NCBI GenBank assembly: GCA_019244185.1
Contig: JAFATB010000018.1
Coordinates: 147,300 to 211,299, forward strand
From: Acidobacteriota bacterium
Lineage (GTDB): Bacteria; Acidobacteriota; Thermoanaerobaculia; Gp7-AA8
Direction: 5' to 3'
DNA: 64,000 nt
The position numbers were made by a program, and so were the translations under genes. Under the pieces are notes generated by a model. That model searched no databases and was not told where the DNA came from. It saw only the letters and a list, made by a program, of their open reading frames with translations. Of the stretch, positions 54,856-64,000 are shown piece by piece. The first letter of the stretch is position 1. Every line of letters begins with the position of its first letter.

Positions 54856-56166
54856 ATGACCACACCGACCCCGACTCTCTCCGATCAGGAGCTCGCCACG
54901 ATGTCCGCGCCGCTCGAGCGCGCGCTCGTGCCGTTCATGCGCCGCTTTCCCGGCAGCGCCGGCGAGCGCCAGCCCGTGCACACCGTCTACGGCGGCGCGC
55001 ATCTCTTCAAGCACGACACCGCGCGCAAGCTCGGCGAGAAAGCCGCGCAGGTGCTCGACGAGCACGGCATCGATCCGTTCACGTTCGCGCGCGCCGCGGG
55101 ACTGCCGGAGATTCACGCGGACACGGTCTGGCAACGCGTGGTCGAGAAGCTCGCGCGCGAGCCGGTCGAGGATTTCCGCGTCGACTTCGAAGACGGCTAC
55201 GGCAATCGCTCGGATGAAGAGGAAGACGGCCACGCTGACGTCGTCGGCCGCGCGTTCGCCGAGGGGATGAACGCGGGCACGCTGCCGCCGTTCATCGGCA
55301 TCCGCATCAAGTCGTTCTCGCAGGAGCTCACGCGCCGCAGCCTGCGCACGCTCGACATCGTGCTCACGTCGATGACACGCGAGTCGGGCGGCAAGCTGCC
55401 GTCGGGCTTCGTGGTCACGCTGCCGAAGATCCAGCTGCCCGAGCAGGTCGCACTGCTCGCCGATGTCTTCGACGCGCTCGAGCCGCGCCTCGGCCTCGCG
55501 CCCGGCGCGCTGCAGCTCGAGTTCATGATCGAGACCACGCAGTCGATTCTCAGCGAGCGCGGCGAATCGAACCTCCCGCGCTTCCTCGACGCCGCGCGCG
55601 GCCGCGCCGTCGCCGCGCATTTCGGGACGTACGACTACACCGCCAGCTGCAACATCACCGCGGCCGAACAGCGCATGGACCATCCCGCGTGCGACTTCGC
55701 GCGGCACATGATGCAGGTCGCCTACTCCGGCACCGGCCTTCGCCTCTCCGACGGCGCCACGAACGTCCTCCCGATCGGCGACCGCGAGACCGTCCACCGC
55801 GCCTGGCGTCTGCACGTCCAGCACATCCGCCACTCGCTCGTGCACGCTTACTATCAGGGCTGGGACCTCCATCCCGCCCAACTACCGACGCGCTACGCGG
55901 CGGTGTACTCGTTCTTCCTCGAGAACCTCGCGCCCGCCACCGAACGCCTCCGGAACTTCATGGAGAAAGCCGGCCGCGCCACCCTCGTCGGCGACGTCTT
56001 CGACGACGCCGCCACCGGCCAGGGCTTGCTCAACTACTTCCTGCGCGGCATGAACAGCGGCGCGCTCACGGAAGAGGAAGCCCTGGCGACGGGACTCACG
56101 CTCGACGAGCTGCGTTCGCGTTCGTTCGTGAAGATCCTGCAGGGTAGGCGGGGAGGTTCCGCGTAA
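54856..56166 (+). CDS. Uncharacterised HpcH/CitE-like aldolase/lyase-fold protein (DUF6986-like)
   Basis: RQPVHTVY, DFRVDFEDGYG, VTLPK, EFMIET, HFGTYDY, SDGATNVLP and YQGWDLHPAQL. Confidence 0.8.
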   Translation: MTTPTPTLSDQELATMSAPLERALVPFMRRFPGSAGERQPVHTVYGGAHLFKHDTARKLGEKAAQVLDEHGIDPFTFARAAGLPEIHADTVWQRVVEKLAREPVEDFRVDFEDGYGNRSDEEEDGHADVVGRAFAEGMNAGTLPPFIGIRIKSFSQELTRRSLRTLDIVLTSMTRESGGKLPSGFVVTLPKIQLPEQVALLADVFDALEPRLGLAPGALQLEFMIETTQSILSERGESNLPRFLDAARGRAVAAHFGTYDYTASCNITAAEQRMDHPACDFARHMMQVAYSGTGLRLSDGATNVLPIGDRETVHRAWRLHVQHIRHSLVHAYYQGWDLHPAQLPTRYAAVYSFFLENLAPATERLRNFMEKAGRATLVGDVFDDAATGQGLLNYFLRGMNSGALTEEEALATGLTLDELRSRSFVKILQGRRGGSA

Positions 56167-56174
56167 AGAGTTCC

Positions 56175-56203
56175 TCCTTACTTCTGCTATGCTGCGGTAA
56201 GGA
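56175..56203 (+). promoter_or_regulatory. Toxin-antitoxin promoter/operator
   Basis: TCCTTAC-N15-GTAAGGA inverted repeat enclosing an extended -10 TGCTATGCT. Confidence 0.65.
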
Positions 56204-56211
56204 CGGCCGAC

Positions 56212-56442
56212 ATGCCTACCTCCACGATCACCAGCAAGGGACAGACGACCGTCCCGAAAGAAATTCGGGACGCGCTCAATCTCGAACCCGGCGACCGGCT
56301 GACGTGGGAAGTGCGCGGCGGCAAAGTCGCCATCACGACGGAGCGTCCCGCCTTCTATCGCTGGGAAGGCTTCATCAAGCACGGCCCCACCGACGTGGTG
56401 AAGGTGATCGACGAGGCGAGGAAGCGGCGAGGGCGCATCTGA
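56212..56442 (+). CDS. AbrB/MazE family antitoxin
   Basis: STITSKGQTTVPKEIRDALNLEPGD. Confidence 0.92.
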   Translation: MPTSTITSKGQTTVPKEIRDALNLEPGDRLTWEVRGGKVAITTERPAFYRWEGFIKHGPTDVVKVIDEARKRRGRI

Positions 56443-56443
56443 C

Positions 56444-56857
56444 GTGCAACGCGTAGTCGCCGACGCGAACGTCTTCCTCTCCTTCATCGTCCATCGCAAC
56501 GACAAGCAGCGCGACCTCGCGAAAGCGCTGCTGGCGAAGGCGGAAGACGGCGAGTTGCTCGTCGCCGTGCTGCAGTTCGTCGTGTTCGAGATCGTGTACG
56601 TCCTGCAGAGCGCGTACAGCATCCGCGACGAAGAGCTGGCCACGCTCGTCCGCGATCTGCTGGCACTGCCCGGCGTTCAGTTCACCGACGACGCACCGTG
56701 GCGCCGCGTCTTCGACTTCTGGCCGCGGCCGCTCGCGTCGCTCGCCGACGCCTCGATCGTGGCCGTCGCCGCGATGAACCGCTACGACAGCATCGCGACG
56801 TTCGATCGCAAGCTCTCGAACAAGCTCGCGGCGCTCGGTCTCGCGTCGTACTGGTGA
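56444..56857 (+). CDS. PIN domain (VapC-like) toxin
   Basis: ADANV, FEIVYVL, SLADA and ATFDRKL; directly after the antitoxin. Confidence 0.9.
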   Translation: MQRVVADANVFLSFIVHRNDKQRDLAKALLAKAEDGELLVAVLQFVVFEIVYVLQSAYSIRDEELATLVRDLLALPGVQFTDDAPWRRVFDFWPRPLASLADASIVAVAAMNRYDSIATFDRKLSNKLAALGLASYW

Positions 56858-56859
56858 GC

Positions 56860-57171
56860 TCAGCTCCCCCGATACGTCGCATACCCGAATGGACTTAGCA
56901 GCAACGGCACGTGATGGTGCTGCGTCGCGTCGTCGATCCTGAACACGATCGACGCCTCGGGGAAGAAGCCGTTCGCGTTGTAGGCGCCGGTGTCGAACGT
57001 GATGCGGTACGTGCCGGGTTGCGTTGCCTCGGGGGGGAGGACGCGGGCGCGGCCGTCGGCGTTGGTGGTGCCTTCGAAGAGCAGCTCGTCGCCGCGATGG
57101 AGCGTGACGCGCATGCCGGCGGCGGGGCGGCCCTGGGCGGTGTCGAGGACGTGGGTCGTGATTCCGGCCAT
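56860..57171 (-). CDS. uraH: 5-hydroxyisourate hydrolase
   Basis: ITTHVLDT, TNADGR, FFPE, HHVPLLLSPF and C-terminal YRGS. Confidence 0.96.
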   Translation of the reverse strand: MAGITTHVLDTAQGRPAAGMRVTLHRGDELLFEGTTNADGRARVLPPEATQPGTYRITFDTGAYNANGFFPEASIVFRIDDATQHHHVPLLLSPFGYATYRGS

Positions 57172-58610
57172 CAGAGCACCAGTCTCTCCAGGCGCAGCGC
57201 GGTGATCTTGCGTTGCTCTTCGGCGGCGACGCGCAGCTCGGTGTCGCGATCGTTGTGCATGCGCTCGTGCGCGTTGGCGAGCATCTCGTCGGCCGTGCGA
57301 CCCGTCGCGCAGACGAGGTAGAGGAAGCCGAATTTCTGTTCGTACGCAGCCTGGGTTTCCGCGAGCGCGCGCATGGTGTCGTCGGACGCGGTGCGCGTTC
57401 CGGATTGCTCGTTCGACGACCAGCCGGCTTTGCGCTCGCCGATGCGCGGATGCGCGGCGAACGCCTCGAGCCAGTCGTTCGGCTCGAGCGAGCTCCAGAC
57501 GCGGTTCGCGGTGTCGACGAGCGCGTCCCACGACGCGAACGGACGCGCGGCCGTCACGGCATCCGCCCACCGCTGCGAGCCGCAGACGCGGCGCAGCTCG
57601 CTCGTGTCGAAGAGCGCGTTCACGCGCTCGACGATCGCGTCGTGGCGTCCGCGTTCCGTGGCCGTGCCCCAGACGCGCATGCGGCTCACGCCGCCGTCGG
57701 GAAAGACGTTCAGCCGCAGATGCGTGAACGGTCCGTCGCTCATGAGCTCATCCATGAAGAAGTGGCGCGTGTGCGCCTGCAGCTTCGTGCGCGGCAGCAG
57801 CTCGGTCCACGTCTCGCCGTCGCGCGAACCGTCGATCGACGCGGTGTCGGGATAGTTGCCTTTGAAGTGATTGGTATCGAGCTCGATGCGGCGCACGCGG
57901 CCTTCGGTCGCGAGCTTCACGACGACCCAATCATTGCCCGACCCGCGGCGGCGGCGCGTTTCCCAGCCGTCGCTCATGTTGTGCGCGCGGCCGGGCATGA
58001 TCAGGTTGTGCTTCGGACCGAAGAACATGTCGCTGCACGCGAGCACGTCCGCACCGTGTTCGACGGCGGCGAGATCCAGCTCATTCGCGAGTCCGCCGGA
58101 GAGGCGCCATTCGGGAACGATCGTGCCGTGCACGCGCAGGCGCGCGACGCCGCCGTCAGGAAAGATGTTGAAGCGGAGGTGCGTCACCGCGACCGCGCTG
58201 TCGATGGCGAAGAGGTTCTCGGAGTCGCCCTGCAGTTTCGACTGCGGCAGGATCGGGTGCCACATCGCCGCGAGCAGTTCCTCGGCACTCGCATCGATGC
58301 GCATCGACGTCGCCTCGATCGAGCAGGAGTCGGGATAGTTGCCGCGGAAGAACGCGGTGTCGACGACGACGCCGCGCACGACGCCGCGCGCGCCGAGGCG
58401 GATCAGCGCGAAGTCATGGCCGGGGACGCGTTTCCGGCGGGACTCCCAGCCGTCCATCCATTTCCCCCGATCGGTGTACTCGTGTTCTTTCCATACGGCC
58501 TTCGAGGGTTTGAGGAGGTTTTCCTTCTCGGCGAAATAGTCGTCGGTGGCGTAGAGCACGGAGCCGCCGAGGCGCTCGGAGGCGAGGTCGATCAAATCGC
58601 GGAAATTCAC
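57171..58610 (-). CDS. alc: Allantoicase fused to C-terminal OHCU decarboxylase (Alc-UraD)
   Basis: Two allantoicase repeats (DGWESRRKR/DGWETRRRR, F.GNYP, PDGGV.R) then AFAAHPRIG, EQSG, YEQKFGF and EQRKITALRL. Confidence 0.92.
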   Translation of the reverse strand: MNFRDLIDLASERLGGSVLYATDDYFAEKENLLKPSKAVWKEHEYTDRGKWMDGWESRRKRVPGHDFALIRLGARGVVRGVVVDTAFFRGNYPDSCSIEATSMRIDASAEELLAAMWHPILPQSKLQGDSENLFAIDSAVAVTHLRFNIFPDGGVARLRVHGTIVPEWRLSGGLANELDLAAVEHGADVLACSDMFFGPKHNLIMPGRAHNMSDGWETRRRRGSGNDWVVVKLATEGRVRRIELDTNHFKGNYPDTASIDGSRDGETWTELLPRTKLQAHTRHFFMDELMSDGPFTHLRLNVFPDGGVSRMRVWGTATERGRHDAIVERVNALFDTSELRRVCGSQRWADAVTAARPFASWDALVDTANRVWSSLEPNDWLEAFAAHPRIGERKAGWSSNEQSGTRTASDDTMRALAETQAAYEQKFGFLYLVCATGRTADEMLANAHERMHNDRDTELRVAAEEQRKITALRLERLVL

Positions 58611-59860
58611 GGGCGCAGTTTATCGACTCCATGCACGTACGTCGCTTTCACCACGCCGCGCAACTCGGTGCCGAGGTAGGGCGTGAGCTTGTGGCGGTGC
58701 TCGATGATCGACGTGTCGACGACGAACGGCTCGTCGTGGGCGAAGACGGTGAGGCTCGCGTAGTTCCCTATCGCGATCGCGCCCTTGCCATCAAGCCGCG
58801 CGAGCTGCGCGGGCGCCGCGCAGCACCAGCGCGCGACGTCGTGCAGCGTAAAACCGCGCGCGGACGCGTGCGTCCAGACGATCGGCAGGACGAACTGCAG
58901 CGACGCGATGCCGCCCCACGCGCAGAGAAAGTCGCCGCGCTTGAGCTCCGGCGTGCAGGGCGAATGGTCGCTGACCACGAGGTCGAGGATTCCGTCGCGC
59001 AGGCCACGCCACAGCTCCTCGCGGTTCGCGCGCTCGCGGATCGGCGGCGCGCATTTGTACTCGGTGTGCGCGCGCGGCACCGACTCCGCGTCGAAGTGCA
59101 GGTAGTGCGGCGTCGTTTCCGCGCTGATCGGCAGCCCCTCGGCGCGCGCGTTCGCCAGGATCGCCAGCGCGCTCGCGGACGAGAGATGCACGACGTGGAT
59201 GCGTGCGCCGGTGTCGCGGCAGACGCGCACGAGCAGCTCGATGGCCGCGTCTTCCGCGAGCGCGGGACGGGAGCGAAGGTACGTCGAGTATTCGTTCGGA
59301 TCGCTGTCGACGGCGCGCAGATGTTCTTCGAGCTCCGCGTGCACGAGGAGCGGCGCGCCGGTGCCGGCGAGCTCGCGTGCGGCCTCGCGCAACGCGCGCT
59401 CGTCGACGTGCGGGAACTCGTCGACGCCGGACGGGACGAGGAAGCACTTGAAGCCGCGTGCGCCGGCGTCGAGCATGGGCCGCAGCTCGCTCGTGTTGCC
59501 GGGGATGACGCCGCCCCATAGCTCCACGTCGACGTCGCCGTGCGCGTGCTGTCGCTTGATGTTCAGCGCATCGACTGTCGTCGTCGGCGGAATCGAGTTG
59601 AGCGGCATGTCGACGATGGTGGCGATGCCGCCCGCCGCCGCCGCCCGCGTCGCGGTCGCGAAGCCTTCCCACTCCGTGCGGCCCGGCTCGTTGACGTGCA
59701 CGTGCGAGTCGACGAGCGCGGGGAGGATGACAAGGTCGCCGTAGTCGACGTCGGCGCGCGTCGCGTGCGGTTCGATCGCGGCGATGCGCTCGCCGTCGAT
59801 GGTGATGGTGGCCGGCGCGACACCGGTGGGAAGCACGACGCGCGTGCTGCGGATTCGCAT
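58607..59860 (-). CDS. allB: Allantoinase
   Basis: DSHVHVNEPGRTEWEGF, DMPLNSIP, KCAPPIR, SDHSP and AWGGIASLQ. Confidence 0.95.
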   Translation of the reverse strand: MRIRSTRVVLPTGVAPATITIDGERIAAIEPHATRADVDYGDLVILPALVDSHVHVNEPGRTEWEGFATATRAAAAGGIATIVDMPLNSIPPTTTVDALNIKRQHAHGDVDVELWGGVIPGNTSELRPMLDAGARGFKCFLVPSGVDEFPHVDERALREAARELAGTGAPLLVHAELEEHLRAVDSDPNEYSTYLRSRPALAEDAAIELLVRVCRDTGARIHVVHLSSASALAILANARAEGLPISAETTPHYLHFDAESVPRAHTEYKCAPPIRERANREELWRGLRDGILDLVVSDHSPCTPELKRGDFLCAWGGIASLQFVLPIVWTHASARGFTLHDVARWCCAAPAQLARLDGKGAIAIGNYASLTVFAHDEPFVVDTSIIEHRHKLTPYLGTELRGVVKATYVHGVDKLRP

Positions 59861-59884
59861 GCGCGGATGGTAACGTGACGCGCG

Positions 59885-60658
59885 ATGACCACCTTCTTCG
59901 AAGCGCAGAACGAGCTGCTCGAATCGGGCGCCGCGTTCGTGGCGGTCACGGTCGTCGACACGCTCGGCTCGACGCCGCAGGACCGCGGCGCGAAGATGCT
60001 GGTCACGGAGAACGGGCGTCACTTCGGCACGGTCGGCGGCGGCAAGATCGAAGTGCGCTGCATCGACGAGGCGCTCGGGCTCCTGCGCGATGCCGATGCG
60101 CCGCCGACGCGCTTCGTGCAGTGGAGCCTCGAGAAAGACATCGGCATGACGTGCGGCGGCATCGTGCGCGTCTACTTCGAGTCGTTCAACGCGCCGCGCT
60201 GGAACATCGTCGTCTTCGGCGCGGGGCACGTCGCGTCGGCGCTCATCGAGCTGATGCTGCGCCTCGACTGCCGCATCACCTGCATCGATCCGCGCGAGGA
60301 ATGGCTGAGCCGTCTGCCGTCGTCGACGAAGCTGACGAAGGTGCTGACGAGCGACATGCCGGCGGAAGTGGCGAAGATCCGCGACGGCTCGTTCGTGCTG
60401 CTGATGACGATGGGGCACACCACCGATCGGCCGATCCTCATCGAGATTCTGCGCACACGAACGTTCCCCTACCTCGGCGTCATCGGCAGCAACGCGAAGG
60501 CGAAGCGGCTGCGGCAGGACGTGCGCGACGCGGGGCTTCCGGATGAGGCGCAGCGCGCGTTTTTCTGCCCCGTCGGACTCGAGCTCGGCTCGAATCATCC
60601 GCAGGAGATCGCCATCTCCGTCGCGGCGCAGATGCTGCAACTGCGCGACGCGAGATGA
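59885..60658 (+). CDS. xdhC: Xanthine dehydrogenase accessory protein XdhC
   Basis: GSTPQ, GTVGGG, GMTCGG, FGAGHV, YLGVIGS and PQEIAIS. Confidence 0.92.
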   Translation: MTTFFEAQNELLESGAAFVAVTVVDTLGSTPQDRGAKMLVTENGRHFGTVGGGKIEVRCIDEALGLLRDADAPPTRFVQWSLEKDIGMTCGGIVRVYFESFNAPRWNIVVFGAGHVASALIELMLRLDCRITCIDPREEWLSRLPSSTKLTKVLTSDMPAEVAKIRDGSFVLLMTMGHTTDRPILIEILRTRTFPYLGVIGSNAKAKRLRQDVRDAGLPDEAQRAFFCPVGLELGSNHPQEIAISVAAQMLQLRDAR

Positions 60659-62538
60659 GGACTTCGACGCTGCGCGATCTCGCGCGACGTTTTTCCATCG
60701 AAACGAGCTATACGGACGCGGCCGGCGCGCGGCAGCAGGCGAGCAAAGCCGCGCTCGTCGCCGCGATCGAAAAGCGCTCCGGCATGTCGGTCGACGACGC
60801 CGCGAAAACGGTTGCGGAACCGCGCACGGTCGAGCCGGTCACGGTGGTCTGGGGCCATGCGAAGCCGCGGGTCGCGCTGCATGGATGCACGCGCGCCGAG
60901 TGGGATCTCGCGCTCGAGGACGGCTCGTGGCGCTCCGGCCGCGCGGACGTCGTCGACGGCGTGCTGACGCTGCCGGATGCGCTGCCGTACGGCTATCACA
61001 CGCTGACCATCAACAACGCACACGAGACGCTGCTCATCGCCGCGCCGATGAAAGCGCACGCGCCGCGCGAGAAAACATGGGGCGTCTTCGCGCCACTCTA
61101 CGCCGCGCATTCGCGTCGCAGCTGGGGCGCCGGCGACCTCGGCGATCTGCTCGCCTACGCAAGCTGGATCGACGATTACAACGGCGGCGTCGTGGCCACG
61201 CTGCCGATGCTCGCCGCATTCGACGACGAGCCGAGTCCGTACTCGCCCGTGAGCCGGCTCTACTGGAACGAGCTCTATCTCGACGTCACGCGTCTGCCCG
61301 AACTGCAGCCCGACGACCTCGACCACGGCGCGATCGCGCATCTGCAGCAGACGCCGCGCGTCGACTACGCCGCGGTGCGCCGCGAGAAGCGGCGCGTGCT
61401 GGAACGCTGTGCGGCGCGCTTCGCACGCAACGCCGACTTCGAGCGCTTCGCCGCACGTGCGAACGACTACGCGCAGTTCCGCGCGCGCATCGAGCAGCGC
61501 GACTCCGCGGCGTATCACCTTTACGTCCAGTACCGCATGGCGCAGCAGATGCGCGAGGTGGCGAACGCGGCGCGGCGGCTCGGCGCGGGGCTCTATCTCG
61601 ATTTCCCGCTGGGCGTGAATCCCGGCGGCTACGACGCGCACGAATACGCGCACGTCTTCGCCAACGGCGTCGCCGTCGGCGCGCCGCCCGATCTCTTTTT
61701 CACGAAAGGGCAGAACTGGGGCTTCGCGCCGTTCGATCCCGACGCGGTGCGCGAGGATCGCTATCGCTACTTCCGCGCGGCCGTCCGCCAGCACGTCTCA
61801 CACGCCGGCATCCTGCGCATCGATCACGTGATGGGCCTGCATCGCCTCTACTGGATTCCCGACGGCGGCGACGCGCGCGACGGCGTGTACGTGCGCTATC
61901 GCGCGGACGAGCTCTATGCGATCCTCACCCTCGAATCGCAGCGCCATGGCTGCGTCGTCGTCGGTGAGGACCTCGGCACCGTGCCGCCCGAAGTCCCGAA
62001 GATGATGAGCCGCCACGGACTGCGGCAGATGTACGTCGTGCAGTACGAAGTGAAACCGGATGCGCCGCTCCCCGCGCCGCCCGCGGCGTCGGTGGCGAGC
62101 ATCAACACGCACGACATGCCGCCGTTCGCCGCGTGGTGGAACGGCAAGGACGTCGACGATCGCGTGGAGATGGGACTCCTCGATGAGGTCGGCGCGCAAC
62201 GCGAGCACGCCGCGCGCGAACAGATGCGCCGCGCCATCGTGCGCGAGTTCGTCGACGGCCCCACCGAGAGCGCGCCGCGCGCGCTCGAAGTGCTGCTCGC
62301 GTTCCTCGCGTCGAGCGACGCCGAGATCGTGCTCGTCAACCTCGAGGACCTCTGGGGCGAGCGCGAATCGCAGAACGTGCCCGGCGTCCCCGAGCGCAGC
62401 TGGACGCAGAAATTCCGACTCGGACTCGAACAGATGCGCGCGGACGGCTCGATCCGCCGCGTGCTCACGAACGTCAGCGCCCGCAGGGCGCGGGCGTTGC
62501 TAGAAAACCAACACGAACAGGGAGTGAAGGAAGGCTGA
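60655..62538 (+). CDS. malQ: 4-alpha-glucanotransferase (GH77)
   Basis: [31 protein letters not shown] and QNVPG. Confidence 0.93.
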   Translation: MRTSTLRDLARRFSIETSYTDAAGARQQASKAALVAAIEKRSGMSVDDAAKTVAEPRTVEPVTVVWGHAKPRVALHGCTRAEWDLALEDGSWRSGRADVVDGVLTLPDALPYGYHTLTINNAHETLLIAAPMKAHAPREKTWGVFAPLYAAHSRRSWGAGDLGDLLAYASWIDDYNGGVVATLPMLAAFDDEPSPYSPVSRLYWNELYLDVTRLPELQPDDLDHGAIAHLQQTPRVDYAAVRREKRRVLERCAARFARNADFERFAARANDYAQFRARIEQRDSAAYHLYVQYRMAQQMREVANAARRLGAGLYLDFPLGVNPGGYDAHEYAHVFANGVAVGAPPDLFFTKGQNWGFAPFDPDAVREDRYRYFRAAVRQHVSHAGILRIDHVMGLHRLYWIPDGGDARDGVYVRYRADELYAILTLESQRHGCVVVGEDLGTVPPEVPKMMSRHGLRQMYVVQYEVKPDAPLPAPPAASVASINTHDMPPFAAWWNGKDVDDRVEMGLLDEVGAQREHAAREQMRRAIVREFVDGPTESAPRALEVLLAFLASSDAEIVLVNLEDLWGERESQNVPGVPERSWTQKFRLGLEQMRADGSIRRVLTNVSARRARALLENQHEQGVKEG

Positions 62539-64000
62539 TGGCAGTACGAAAGAAGAAGACGGACGGAGCTGCACCGGAGGCGCCGAAGAAGCGCGTCTCC
62601 GCGAAGACGACCGCGGCGCCGAAGGCGGCCGCGGCCGCGAAAGCAGCGCCGAAGAAAACGACCGCGAAGAAGCCGGAGTCGCCGCGCAACGCCGCGGTCG
62701 ACGAACTGCAGGCCGTCGGCGCGGACATCGTGCCGAGCGTGACCATCGAGGCGGAAGCCGCGGCGATCGGCAACGTCGAGCGCGTGGCCTCGACCGACGA
62801 CGCGCAGCTCAGCGAAGGCGGACCGATTCTCGCGGATGCGCCGCCAGCGGATGCATCAGCAGCGGACGCGCCGGCATCCGAACCGGCCGCACAGGAACCA
62901 TCCTCGGACGACGCCGTCGCGCCCGTCGTCGAGCCGCAGCGTCCCGACACGCTGCTATCTGACTGGGACCTTCACCTCTTCAACGAAGGCACGCATCACG
63001 GTCTGTGGCAGAAGCTCGGCGCGCATCTCGTGCCGGGCGGCGTGATGTTCGGCGTCTGGGCGCCGAACGCCGAGCGCGTCAGCGTCGTCGGCGACTTCAA
63101 CGACTGGAACCCCGACGCGAACGTCCTCGCGCCGCGCGCGCTCTCCGGCATCTGGGAAGGCTTCATCCCCGATCTCGGCAAAGGCGCGCACTACAAGTAC
63201 CACATCGTCTCGCGGACGAACGGCTATCGCGTCGATAAGGCCGATCCGTTCGGCATCCATCAGGAGACGCCGCCCGAGACCGCGTCGATCGTCTGGGATC
63301 TCGACTACGACTGGAACGACGCGGAGTGGATGGAATCGCGTCGCGCGCGCAACAGCTACGAGGCGCCGGTCTCGATCTACGAGGTGCACCTCGGCTCGTG
63401 GCGCCGCGGCCCCGATGACCGAGTCTTGTCCTACCGGGAGCTGGCGCCGCTGCTCGCCGACTACGTGTCCGAGATGGGGTTCACCCACGTCGAGTTCCTG
63501 CCCTTGGCCGAGCACCCCTTCGGCGGCTCCTGGGGTTACCAGGTCACCTCCTACTTCGCCCCGACGTCCCGGTTCGGCGACCCCGACGACTTCCGGGCCA
63601 TGGTCGACTGCCTCCACCAGCGCGGCATCGGCGTGCTCGTGGACTGGGTGCCGGCCCACTTCCCGCGGGACTCCTGGGCCCTGGCCCGGTTCGACGGGAC
63701 CGCGCTCTTCGAGCATGCCGACCCCCGGCAGGGCGAACACCCCGACTGGGGCACTCTCGTCTTCAACTACGGCCGCCACGAGGTCGTCAACTTCCTCGCC
63801 GCCAGCGCCCAGGCCTGGGTGGAGGACTTCCACATCGACGGGCTGCGGGTCGACGCCGTCGCCTCCATGCTCTACCTGGACTACTCCCGCAAGGCGGGGG
63901 AGTGGGTGCCCAACGAGTTCGGGGGCCGGGAGAACCTGCACGCCGTCGCCTTCCTGCATCGGGTCAACGAGCTCGTCCACGGCAAGTACCCGGGCGTGTC
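62538..64000 (+). CDS. glgB: 1,4-alpha-glucan branching enzyme, 3'-truncated at window edge (absent from the ORF track because it has no stop)
   Basis: Manual translation from ATG 62538: [36 protein letters not shown] and [10 protein letters not shown]. Confidence 0.95.
   Translation, partial: MAVRKKKTDGAAPEAPKKRVSAKTTAAPKAAAAAKAAPKKTTAKKPESPRNAAVDELQAVGADIVPSVTIEAEAAAIGNVERVASTDDAQLSEGGPILADAPPADASAADAPASEPAAQEPSSDDAVAPVVEPQRPDTLLSDWDLHLFNEGTHHGLWQKLGAHLVPGGVMFGVWAPNAERVSVVGDFNDWNPDANVLAPRALSGIWEGFIPDLGKGAHYKYHIVSRTNGYRVDKADPFGIHQETPPETASIVWDLDYDWNDAEWMESRRARNSYEAPVSIYEVHLGSWRRGPDDRVLSYRELAPLLADYVSEMGFTHVEFLPLAEHPFGGSWGYQVTSYFAPTSRFGDPDDFRAMVDCLHQRGIGVLVDWVPAHFPRDSWALARFDGTALFEHADPRQGEHPDWGTLVFNYGRHEVVNFLAASAQAWVEDFHIDGLRVDAVASMLYLDYSRKAGEWVPNEFGGRENLHAVAFLHRVNELVHGKYPGV

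Overview
High-GC bacterial chromosomal segment, gene-dense with about 52 CDS. The gene repertoire (Oar-like TonB-dependent receptors, many secreted peptidases) suggests Acidobacteriota, possibly Thermoanaerobaculia; this taxonomy is inference. No rRNA, tRNA, CRISPR array, integrase or transposase was seen. Main blocks: M1 aminopeptidase with OPT transporter; a MacAB-type exporter followed by ArsR and a radical SAM/SPASM gene; bactofilin, aldehyde dehydrogenase and M28 peptidase; two TonB-dependent receptor-like genes; ettA; a membrane PP2C phosphatase; a spinster-like MFS with an acyltransferase; S10 and M1 peptidases; groES-groEL with a CIRCE element; a LysR-linked hydrolase operon; corA and ald; a secreted protease operon; a P450 / PIG-L-like / GT4 / sulfotransferase-like cluster; a near-complete purine degradation cluster (xdhAB, puuD, CitE/HpcH-like gene, uraH, alc-uraD fusion, allB, xdhC) with a VapBC-type module at its centre; and malQ-glgB. 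Best leads: an uncharacterised aldolase/lyase-fold gene sitting where the purine pathway lacks its last step; PuuD without a cytochrome c domain; an unannotated 60-nt intergenic element in two copies with a compensatory base change; a perfect 39-bp inverted repeat built from heptamers; the P450/AHPGHE/GT4/sulfotransferase cluster with a probable CTG start; widespread leaderless promoter architecture; and an abrupt codon-usage switch inside glgB. All product calls rest on recognised motifs, not database searches.
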